A stretch of DNA of 64,000 nucleotides, taken from assembly GCA_963847185.1 (NCBI GenBank), contig CAWJYV010000004.1:192001-256000 (forward strand), read 5' to 3'. Below the pieces are notes generated by a model. The model searched no databases, was not told the origin of the DNA, and saw only the letters and a program-made list of their open reading frames with translations. How positions within the stretch are numbered: position 1 is the first letter of the stretch; each line of letters opens with the position of its first letter. This document shows, piece by piece, positions 9,241 to 18,799 of the stretch. The DNA is from an uncultured Methanosarcinaceae archaeon. GTDB lineage: Archaea; Halobacteriota; Methanosarcinia; Methanosarcinales; Methanosarcinaceae. A program made the translations under genes and the position numbers.

Positions 9241-10853
9241 CTTTTTTTTATTATAATCTTGATATTTTCAGTTACCTTAGGTATAAATGCTATCAATTTC
9301 TCCATTTTAAACAAAGTTTCTGCCTCCTCTGATATCTCTTCAACCGGTAGTGGCTATAATGACTCAGTTTGGGAAGAAAACGATATTGGATCCAACTTTG
9401 TAGCACAAGATAAAATAGTAATTGGAGAGGGACGCAACGATGGCATCAAAAGGGTATATTCTGCAGACGGCGTTTCGGGCTCTGGTACTATATATGAATA
9501 TAGTTTTAATAACGGTGAATGGGAAAAGAGGAGTATTATAGAAGATAGCTCAAACGATTCAACAGTTGTTCAAGATGTTAATACGGTTTATGGACTAGAG
9601 ATTGGAGATTTTCGCAATGACACAATAAATAGAATTTATGCTTCTGGTTATAATTTAGCGGAATATAACTTTGATTCCGGCTCATGGCTTGGGTATGTGA
9701 AAGGTCCTGATCAGATTCAGTGGACTAATGATATGGTTTTGGGGGATGTCGCAATGATGGCTACATAAGGATGTATGTAGCTGGATGGGGAGAAATTTAT
9801 GAAGTTTCCTATAATCACGGGAATTGGGATTCAATAAAAATTGATACTGGAGGACAGCGAGTAGAAGAACTGTTCGTTACTGATGGTAGGAACGATGGAG
9901 TTTTCAGACTATATGCTGCAATAAATGAGCATATTTATGAGTATACTTGGTCAGGAAGCGAGTGGGAAACAGTTGATTGCAGTGCGATAGGTAACGAGCC
10001 TTATATTTTGTCCTGCGATATGTATGGAGGCGATGCAAGAAATGATGGTAAAAATAGGATTTATCTGGTTGCTGGAGGCCTTTATGAACTGTCTTATAAT
10101 GCTAAGAACTGGGATAGTATTGTAATCGCAGATTCAAATAAAATTGGCGCAGTTACTATTGGTATTGGAAATGACGGGATAAATCATCTCTATACAGGAA
10201 GCTCAACAGGCATTGGTGAATACACATTTAGTAACGGAGCATGGAAAAAGACAGCAAATTATGATACCAAATATAAAGTCAACGATCTAACAGTTGGACA
10301 AGGCAGAAACGATGAAGTAAATCACATTTATGCAACTAGTGACGACAACCACGTTTATGAATATAGCTATACTGGAGGGAAAATATCGAATGAAGATAAC
10401 GTCGTAAATAATGGAACGAAAACAACACCAAAGGAAAATGTGTATCTGATAACAGCTACATTAATAATAGTATCTATATTAATTTTCATTAGATCAAAGT
10501 TAGAAGATAACCTGCTCAAAAATAGAATATTGTACATTATTGCGGGTATTCTAGTAGTTGTTATCTCGGTTGTTACATTCTTAATGGATATTATATCGAA
10601 TGTTAAACTAGTTTTTATCTTAATTCTTATATTAAATATCATCTTAACAGCAGTCATATCTCATTCAAGAAAACATAAGCAGAAGAAGAAGGATGAAAAA
10701 CAAGGAGAGAATAACGAAAAAGAAGAAAAAGCAATTGAAATCGAAACAAAATCGCAAGAAAATGTTTCCGTGAAAACTGTTACATTGGAATTATTAATGA
10801 ATATTATTGGAAACATTATTGCGGGCTTAATAATTGCTTTGATACTTCACTAA
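9241..10853 (+). pseudogene. Secreted/membrane-anchored beta-propeller-like repeat protein; start lost to IS, frameshift near 9749
   Basis: Signal-like hydrophobic N-terminus, seven G-[DE]-x-R-N-D-G-x-x-[RH]-[ILV]-Y-like repeats, C-terminal TM helices. Confidence 0.7.
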
Positions 10854-10911
10854 ATTCTACTAAAACGGTTATTTCAATAAATTATTCATGTCGCACTTAT
10901 GTAATCTTATT

Positions 10912-11040
10912 TTTCTCCCAAAATTATCGAATTTAATCTATTATATTTTCCCTGCCGGCGGCCTGCTTACATCTTTTCCGAAATCTACCTCGAATACGTT
11001 TGTTAAGAAAAGTGTAAGAAGAGTGAAATTAAAAATCCTT
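10912..11040 (+). repeat. Array repeat copy R7
   Basis: TATATTTTCCCTGCCGGCGGCCTGCTTACATC..AAATCTACCTCGAATACGTTTGTTAAG. Confidence 0.8.
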
Positions 11041-11088
11041 CGATATGTCTATCCAATTTCTTCCTTATACTTTATTAAGACATAGAAA

Positions 11089-12021
11089 TCAAACATCTTT
11101 TTTCCCATGCTCGGAGAGATATTGTTCAACAGCACGTTTTGAACTATGCCACGTTTTTCCGATTTTTACCGCATCTAGGAGCCCCTGCCTGGCTCGCAAG
11201 CTGAGGTATTCCTGAGAATAAGGAGTTTCAATGGCAAGTTCTTTTAGAGGCAGTAGTTCGTCGTTTCCTCCTGAGATGGAGAGGTAGAGAGTTAGGTTTT
11301 CATCCACAGCTTTTGCAATGAAATTAGCAAATGCTCTCAGGTTTCCAGCATCTGCAGCCCTAAGAAATTTATAATATTTTCCCCTGTCCTCTTTTTTGAG
11401 CACGACAGGAGGATAATCCCTTGAGATCAAATACAGGTTTGTGAGAAGCCGGGCTACTCGTCCGTTTCCATCGCTGAAGGGATGAATTTCAACAAATCTG
11501 TGATGCAGGAATGAAGCTATCTCAATGGGATGCGCCTTGCTTTGAGCTATATTTTCAATTAACTCATCCATGAGTTTCACTATCTTCGACCAATCAGGAG
11601 GAGTCTTTACTGCACCTGCTATTCTCACATTTCTTGTGCGGTATCTTCCGGCATCTTCAAGTATGCCGATGGTTACAATTTCGTGGATTTCCTGAATCGT
11701 AACATGGTCTATTGCACATTTTTTCTTTGCCAGCTCTTCCATCCGGTCATAAGCTTTTGCATTATTGTTTGCTTCAAGATGCTCCCTGAGAGATTTCCCC
11801 CCAATGGTCAGACCTTCTTCCAGAACAAGTTTTGTTTCCTGAAGTGTGAGCGTATTGCCCTCTATTGCATTGGAGTGATAGGTATGAACTAACCTCATCT
11901 CTTCATGCAGCCTTGCTAAAGCATCTGCTGGAACTGGCCTAATTGAGTCTAGCTGTTTCATTTTTTCATTTATTCGTGCAAGGAGTTCTTCTCGAATCAG
12001 AGTAGTATCGGTATTGGCCAT
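11089..12021 (-). CDS. Class II Fic-family protein with C-terminal HTH
   Basis: Catalytic HPFSDGNGRVAR; autoinhibitory SNAIEGN; C-terminal LLPLKELA..YLSLRARQGLLDAVKIGKTW excisionase-like HTH. Confidence 0.9.
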   Translation of the reverse strand: MANTDTTLIREELLARINEKMKQLDSIRPVPADALARLHEEMRLVHTYHSNAIEGNTLTLQETKLVLEEGLTIGGKSLREHLEANNNAKAYDRMEELAKKKCAIDHVTIQEIHEIVTIGILEDAGRYRTRNVRIAGAVKTPPDWSKIVKLMDELIENIAQSKAHPIEIASFLHHRFVEIHPFSDGNGRVARLLTNLYLISRDYPPVVLKKEDRGKYYKFLRAADAGNLRAFANFIAKAVDENLTLYLSISGGNDELLPLKELAIETPYSQEYLSLRARQGLLDAVKIGKTWHSSKRAVEQYLSEHGKKDV

Positions 12022-12104
12022 AATTTAATGTATCCGATATGTGTCATGTAATATATATCGGTATCGGCAAGTTTTTGAGTTATCCGATACAACTTTTTCC
12101 CCTA

Positions 12105-12250
12105 TACTCCATTTCAATTAAAATATATTTTTTCCTGCCGGCGGTCTGCTCAAATCTCCCCTGAATACGTTTGTTAATTTTAGAGAAATTGAAAAACACC
12201 GTGATTTTTGCAGATTTAGAAGGAGCACTTTGCAGGACCGATAATTTTTG
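12105..12250 (+). repeat. Array repeat copy R8
   Basis: TTTCAATTAAAATATATTTTTTCCTGCCGGCGGTCTGCTCAAATCT..CCGTGATTTTTGCAGATTTAGAAGGAGCACTTTGCAGG. Confidence 0.88.
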
Positions 12251-12518
12251 TTTTATCTATCATTAACCAAAATTCCAATTTCAGGTACTTTCATCGCTCC
12301 ATTAAACCTTCCCCATAAAGTTTTTTCTCATTTGGAAGGTGCACTGCCATAATTATAGAAAGATTTATATATTTTAATTGCTATGTATGTGTGTTGACAA
12401 ATAAAGATCAGTATAATCATCTGTTATTAAAAACCAAGTTTTGTTTTTAATCAAAGAGTTCTATACAATCTTATTTTTAAACTGTAACTAAAAAAACTAA
12501 AACCAAGGTGAAACAAAT

Positions 12519-12707
12519 ATGGCTTTTAATGACAGAAACTTCAGAGGAAATTCTAATTTCGGTGCTCCCAGAGAAATGCACAAGACAATATGTTCAGACT
12601 GTAAGACTGAGACAGAAGTGCCTTTCAAGCCCGATCCAGAAAGACCGGTTTACTGCAGAGAGTGTCTTCCTAACCACAGGACGCCCAGAGAAAACCGCAG
12701 ATACTAA
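12519..12707 (+). CDS. CxxC-x17-CxxC small zinc-finger protein, copy 3
   Basis: Protein identical to copy 1 (one synonymous change); TATA at 12364-12371. Confidence 0.9.
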   Translation: MAFNDRNFRGNSNFGAPREMHKTICSDCKTETEVPFKPDPERPVYCRECLPNHRTPRENRRY

Positions 12708-12809
12708 GTGTTAAGTGTTATTTCTGTAATTGAGTTTACATAAACATTTATTTCTTTTCCACTTTTTTTAAATATATCTTAGGCTCGGAATATACTTTTT
12801 CTTAATCTA

Positions 12810-13075
12810 GAGCTTTTGCAGAATTAGAAGGCACACTTTGCATGGTCTTTTTTGATTGCAGTGATCTTTTCTTTGGGAGGGCTGTTTTCAGATTAAAGTT
12901 AACTCTTCTTCCAAGTTCAATTCCACTAAAATATATTTTTCCTGCAAGCGGCCTTCGCCAATTTAATGATTGCAAAAAATCCGTAATTTTTGTAGCTTTA
13001 TAAGGGGCACTTTGCAGGTCTTCTTTAGATTAAGCGATCCTTTTTTGAAGGGGAGTTTTTTTCTGATTAAAATAA
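12810..13075 (+). repeat. Array repeat copy R9
   Basis: Closely similar to R5. Confidence 0.85.
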
Positions 13076-13170
13076 AGAATTTTCAACTAGCTCTACGCAT
13101 AAAATTTGTTAGCTAAGTTCAATGAAGATTATTTATAGCATTTTTAAGCAAATAAATAGGGGGTTACTTT

Positions 13171-13830
13171 CTGGAGATACCAAAATTTAAAAGACTACCA
13201 GGACATATTGCTATAATACCGGACGGCAACAGAAGATGGGCTCTATCTAGAGGCTTAGAAAAACATGAGGGATACGACAATGGAATAATTCCAGGCTTGG
13301 AATTATACGATATATGCGTAAAAATTGGAATAGGCGAAGTTACTTTTTTTGGATTTACTCAGGATAACACAAAAAGGCCTCAAGTTCAAAGAAAAGCATT
13401 TGTAGATGCCTGTATAAAATCAGTTAAAGAACTTTCTAAACTTGACGCTGAACTACTTGTAGTAGGGAATACTAATTCGGATTTGTTTCCGAAAGAGCTA
13501 CTTGCATATACAAAGAGAACTAAATTTGGAAAAGGTAAAATAAGGATAAATTTTTTGGTAAACTATGGCTGGTATTGGGATTTAATTCATGCATTTGAGA
13601 ACTCTTCAGATAGTAAAAAAATGGCAGAGAATATCGCATCAGCAGAGATTCCAAGAATAGATTTACTTATTCGCTGGGGAGGAAGACATAGACTCAGTGG
13701 GATGCTTCCAATTCAAACGGTATACTCAGATATATATGTAGTCGATGAAATGTGGCCAGATTTTAAGCCAGAACATCTATATAAAGCATTAGAATTTTAT
13801 CAAGACCAGGATATTACACTGGGTGGATAA
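13171..13830 (+). CDS. cis-prenyltransferase (UppS family)
   Basis: In-frame extension upstream of the track ORF contains HIAIIPDGNRRWA; also DLLIRWGG..RLSG.LP and WPDF. Apparent CTG start after AGGGGG. Confidence 0.85.
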   Translation: MEIPKFKRLPGHIAIIPDGNRRWALSRGLEKHEGYDNGIIPGLELYDICVKIGIGEVTFFGFTQDNTKRPQVQRKAFVDACIKSVKELSKLDAELLVVGNTNSDLFPKELLAYTKRTKFGKGKIRINFLVNYGWYWDLIHAFENSSDSKKMAENIASAEIPRIDLLIRWGGRHRLSGMLPIQTVYSDIYVVDEMWPDFKPEHLYKALEFYQDQDITLGG

Positions 13831-13874
13831 TTGACTTTCTTGCCTTTCACCGATTCTTTAAAATTGATTTTTTT

Positions 13875-14156
13875 TGGGCTATTTTCGGATTAAGTTGAAA
13901 ATCTGTTAATCGAGTCTTGTTTTCATAGGAGCCATCTAAAACTGGACCTCCAAATAGGAAATGAAATCCTTTCAATCACCCTAACTCATCTGAAATATAT
14001 TTTTCCTGCCGGCGATCTGCTTAAATCTACCCCGAACACATTTGTTAATTTTAGAGAAATTGAAAAACGCCGTGATTTTTGCAGATTTATAAGGGGCACT
14101 TTGCAGAGCTTCTTTAGATTAAGCGACTCTTTCCTTTCAGAGGAATTTTTTCTGAT
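13875..14156 (+). repeat. Array repeat copy R10 (long form)
   Basis: All modules present; abuts the HepT stop codon. Confidence 0.88.
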
Positions 14157-14509
14157 TCACATTTGATCCAGTATGCGTTTGATATCCGGTTTTGCTTCTG
14201 GAATACCTTCTTTAACGGATAACCAAACTACCTTCAGATTTACCCCAAAAATAAGCGTGGATCAATTTGTCCCGGATGCCTGCAAGGTCTTTCCAGGGAA
14301 CTGAAGGATGTTTTTCGCGTACTTCAAAAGGGATATTTTTTGCCGCTTCGCCAATGATTTCCAGAGTTCTGATTACTGCGAATTGGGTTTTTCGGTCGGA
14401 TGCAAACTCTTCGAATGTCAAGTTGTTGACAAATTCTTCTGCAATTTCCATTGCATCATAAATATCCTGGACATAGTCTTTTACTTCGCGAATCTCAATC
14501 CCTCTTCAT
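14157..14509 (-). pseudogene. HepT/DUF86 HEPN ribonuclease toxin, two +1 frameshifts
   Basis: LEIIGEAAK and the RDKLIHAY (Rx4H) motif; ATGA overlap with the MNT stop; extra base after ATGAAGAGG and in TATTTTTGGGG. Confidence 0.8.
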
Positions 14510-14811
14510 ACGGCTTCAACTTCATCCAGAATGTGTTTGCCTATATTTGGTTTTAAGGCATCTTTCATAACCAGATCAACCTTAACGCCAAGAGCTTCCG
14601 AAAGGTAGTTTTCAAGGTTAACAAATTTAAAAATAGTAGGAGTCTTACTGAATTCCACAAGCACATCCAGATCGCTTTCCGGTTTCTGTTCTTCCCTAAT
14701 ATAGGACCCAAAAACCCCCAGGTAACTGACGTGGTATCTCTCTCTAAGCTCCGGGAGCATTTCGTGGAGTTTCTGGATGTAGACTTCAACTTTTTTTCGG
14801 TTTTCAGGCAT
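14506..14811 (-). CDS. Minimal nucleotidyltransferase (MNT) antitoxin
   Basis: FGSYIREEQKPESDLDVLV (GSx10DxD) and KVDLV. Confidence 0.9.
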   Translation of the reverse strand: MPENRKKVEVYIQKLHEMLPELRERYHVSYLGVFGSYIREEQKPESDLDVLVEFSKTPTIFKFVNLENYLSEALGVKVDLVMKDALKPNIGKHILDEVEAV

Positions 14812-14911
14812 TTATTCAGGCTCGTTGCTTTCCCTTCTGGTATGTCATAGTAATTTGCTGTTGTAGTATTTATAATTACTAAAGAGGAAAATGGAATCTG
14901 TGTCTTGAATC

Positions 14912-15125
14912 ATATTCAATTGAAACACCTTTTCCTGCCGGCGGTCTGCTTAAATCTACCCCGAATACGTTTGTGAATATAAAGCTAAGAAAAGCGAAAT
15001 TGAAAAATCTGTGATTTTTCAGCTTTTAGGGGCACTTTGGGCTGTATTTTATATAGCGATCTTTTTACTGGAAGGTGTTTTCGAATTAAAATGAAAAACT
15101 GTTAACTGACGATTGTTTTCAGGAG
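14912..15125 (+). repeat. Array repeat copy R11
   Basis: TTTTCCTGCCGGCGGTCTGCTTAAATCTACCCCGAATACGTTTGT..GTGATTTTTCAGC..GGGGCACTTTG..CTGTTAA..TTGTTTTCA. Confidence 0.82.
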
Positions 15126-15215
15126 ATGTTATAAAAATAGATTACTACATGAGAGTTCTTTGTTGGTCATCTTTAAAGGAATTTTGTCTAATAGTCCTAT
15201 TCTCTTAAAATCTTT

Positions 15216-18200
15216 TCACTTGTTGTTAAAACTCAGAACAAGATTTTTTAACTCATAAATTTTGTCATCGACAATCTTTGGAACATCTGTTTCTATTTCA
15301 TAAGAGGCAAGAAATGGAATTATCGGAATAGCAACTTTCAGTTTTTGAGTTGTACTCATAGGAGAATACAATTCATAAAGCACTTCCTCGATCTTTTCTT
15401 TCATTTCAGGCATATCATTCTTGATTTCTTCTAGATTCCTTTGGATAATATCAAGATATTCTTCTGGATTTTGTAGTTCATCTACTGATTCTATAAATCT
15501 ATCAACTGAAGTCTGTAAATAGTTGAATTCTTTTGAAATTGAAGTTGTTTTTTCTTTAATCTCTCTTATTTCTTGCACTACGTGATCTGGCATTGAGCTA
15601 AATGTTGGTATTAATACAACCAGCCTAGAGATAATCTTATACTGATTTACGAGATCTTTTTCATCCCTTATCCCTTCAATTTCTCTAAAAATGTGCTCAT
15701 AACCTGGTATATGTGGCATTTTCAGTCTGAAGGTTTCGATCAAGGCTTCAATCATTTGTGTCATTTCTTCTTTACTGCCAATTTCCCATTTCTGAACTTC
15801 ACGACTGACAGCAAGTGCAATTTCTTCGGTTTCAGTCCCTTTAGATTCATTGAATACAACTTTTGCTTTTTCTTGGATTTCTTCTATAAGAAATTTTAAT
15901 CCTCGATCGAAAATTGGAAATCCTTTTCTTACTACTCCTGCAGCAAATGGTGCAGTCTCTCCTGCGTTTCTTAGCAGTTCTGTTGCACGGTCACAATACC
16001 TTCTGTAGGAACTAAGTTCGTTTCTTCTCGCCTGAAAATCCATATTTTGAAACTTCTGGACTTCTTTTAATACATTTGCAAGAGTATTAACAACTTCAAA
16101 AAGTAACTCTTTGCTCCTTGATCCTTCAATTGCAACCTTAGACTCAATCAAATATTTCTCTACTTCTCCTTTTGTTTCATATTTTTGGAAAATTATTGTA
16201 TAGAAAGAACGATAAAAGGGAAGGCAGAATTTAGCTGGATTAAATGCTTCAGAAGATTCTTTAGATGCTGTTTCAAAAAACATAATTGCTTTTTCCAATT
16301 CATTTTTGTAATCTTCTTCTTTTTCTGCTTGGGAAGCCCTAAATATAGATACCCTTCCTGAAGAGTAATTTGCATAAACTCTTACACCACTATTTTGATC
16401 AGCATTAAGTTTGATTATGTCATCCCATGCCTGTTGTTTATCTGGTATATCGGAAAATGCAGATCCAAGAAACTTAGCGAACATAAACCTCAAACGAAGA
16501 TCTTCATTCTTGATCAATTTATGTAAATCTTCCCATGCCTGTCGCTTATTTGTCATGTAGAAGAAAGCAGATTCAAGACAGTTTTTAACAGCTAGATATC
16601 TCAAAAGATTATCCTTATGACTGGTTAGAGCAAATAACTCATTCCAAGCTTTTTCTTTGTCTTTTACATATTTAAAATTAGTTTCAAGTATCCTTTTGTT
16701 TTTGTCGGAAATTAATAGAAAAGTAGCTTTGTCAATCCTTTCTGAAGTTTGCAATAATATATCAATTTCTAGTTTTGAAAGGTTGTAAAGTTTATCAAAT
16801 TCCTTATTTACCGAGCCATCCTCTTCAAAATAACCATAGCGTAAGAGGTTAACAAGTTTCTTTTGGGTTACCCAATATTTAGCTTCATCACTAGCAAAAT
16901 CTACAAGTCTATCTTGAGTTGCCCAAAACTCGACCTCATTGCTAGCGTTCTCAACCTATCCGAAACTGTAAGTGAAATTTCTTGTAATTCATCTAACAGT
17001 TTTCGATTGAAGAGTAAGATCTGATATTATCAAAGGCCATTTTAAAGTTATAGCTACAAATTTGCCCAGCTTTTCTAATGACAATGGTGTTTTAGAAGAA
17101 TCGCTTACATTAGAACAAAATAAACCTGTTTCAATAGCAATAAATGCTTTGAGCCTAAATAAATTTATAAATTGTTTTATCCGACGAGGATTATAATCTA
17201 AAGCTGGTAACACCATGCGCACGATTTCTGCGGACAGTTTGAGAATCAGGCTTTATAATAGTTTTTAGGATCTTCAAATGCTTTTTCTGATTTCATCTTG
17301 CTTATCTACTTCAGATTTATCGAAATCATTAATAGCTTCTCTATTACTTACATCATCCACTTCTTTAAAAACATTGGAGCCATTGTATGTAGTTGAAATA
17401 TCTGTTTTCTTCTTACGGGGTATTTTTTTTCGAAAAAGTTTATTTCTTTTTTATATAATTCTTTAGTTTTCCCAGTTAAACCTTCAAAGGAAAATTTAGT
17501 CTTTGGTTTGATAAATTTCTTTCTTTTAGCACATACGAGTTCTTGTAAATCAGATATTTCTGGTTGAGGTACCGAGAAAGGAAGTTGAATAAATTTTTCA
17601 AGATATTCATAACCGTATTCTAAGCCCTTGTAGTAATCTTTATTTTGTACAACTGGGGTTTCATAATTCTTAGATAATGATTGAAAGTAAGGTAACAACT
17701 TCTCATATTTTACAGCAACACCGCTAGCAACTTTTAAACGATCCATCCCAACTATAAATATAAGGTGTGGATCGTCTGAGATCATAAGATTTAAAGCCTG
17801 CATTAAATCTGCAGCTTTAGGAACTTCGCAACGATCAAGATCATCAATAAAAACAAAGACCTTATTTTTTCCGGCATAGCACTTAACAATGTTTTTAAAA
17901 TCTTCATGAAACTCTTCTATAAAAGTTGTGCGGTTTTCGTAGTCTGGTTTTTTAATACATTTTTTCAAGTTGGCATATACAGAACTACCTAATAGTTTCT
18001 TTAAATTGGGCAAAACTGATAAAATCGATATGTATATTGGGCAACCAACACCTAAAAGAGTTATAAGCATTAGCTGAGTTGAGAGCGAACTAATCCAATC
18101 TGACCACTTAGAATTAACGTATGCGATATATCCAATAATAAATATAAATCACAAATATGATCTTTAGTATATCTCCTCGCCTATTTACCCAGCGAATTCG

Positions 18201-18590
18201 TGAGATAAATAATTTGATTTCTGCTTTTATGAATTTGTATGTAGAAAGCTTTCTTGAAATTTGACGTATAAATTCAAGGGCGAAAGCAGCCCACATTACA
18301 TCTTCCTTATCATGTCTCCATGCATTGAATAAAACTGTGTATTCTCCGTTTGCTTCAAGTTCTTTTATAAGTTGTCGTATAAACGATGACTTGCCACTGC
18401 CCCAAGATCCTTCTATGGATAATGTTAACGGTGGTTCCGTATCTGGATTTATAAGGAACTCTTTAATAGCTTCAACATAAGGACTGAAACCTAATAAATC
18501 GTCATAGGATGGTTGATCGCCAGTTGCTGCGTTAGGAATTTCTTCTTCTTCTTTTGCTCCATCGTAATAGTCTCCATATTGATCAACCAA
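15216..18590 (-). pseudogene. KAP-family P-loop NTPase apparently fused to HEAT-like repeats and a conserved C-terminal domain, broken by several frameshifts
   Basis: Walker A GSWGSGKS, FNAW, TM insert, Walker B FIDDLDRC, YLEKFIQLPF and NPRRIKQFIN lie in successive fragments. The 15216..16754 frame stays open about 67 codons upstream with no start codon. Confidence 0.7.
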
Positions 18591-18799
18591 TTGGCCACAC
18601 CTTCAACCCTGTAGCTTCCATAACAATAAAACAATTTCTATTTGTTCTTCCCATTGATTCATTAACTAGCATTCTATTAAAATGACACATGCAAAATTTC
18701 ATTTATGAGAACATTTCTAACAGACTCATCAAAAAATAGATTAATATTTTGAAATATATAGTTAAAAGATATAAAAGAAGCCAATATTTTTGGAAAAGT

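Noticed and set aside
705-15125. Array repeats as classical attC sites or CRISPR repeats
   Set aside because: I found no RYYYAAC...GTTRRRY-bounded long hairpin, and cargo lies in both orientations. The repeats are long and degenerate with gene-sized spacing, and there are no cas genes.
16956-16958. In-frame TAG ahead of the HEAT fragment as a pyrrolysine codon
   Set aside because: That frame hits another stop shortly upstream, and the protein-like reading continues in a different frame, so a frameshift explains it better.
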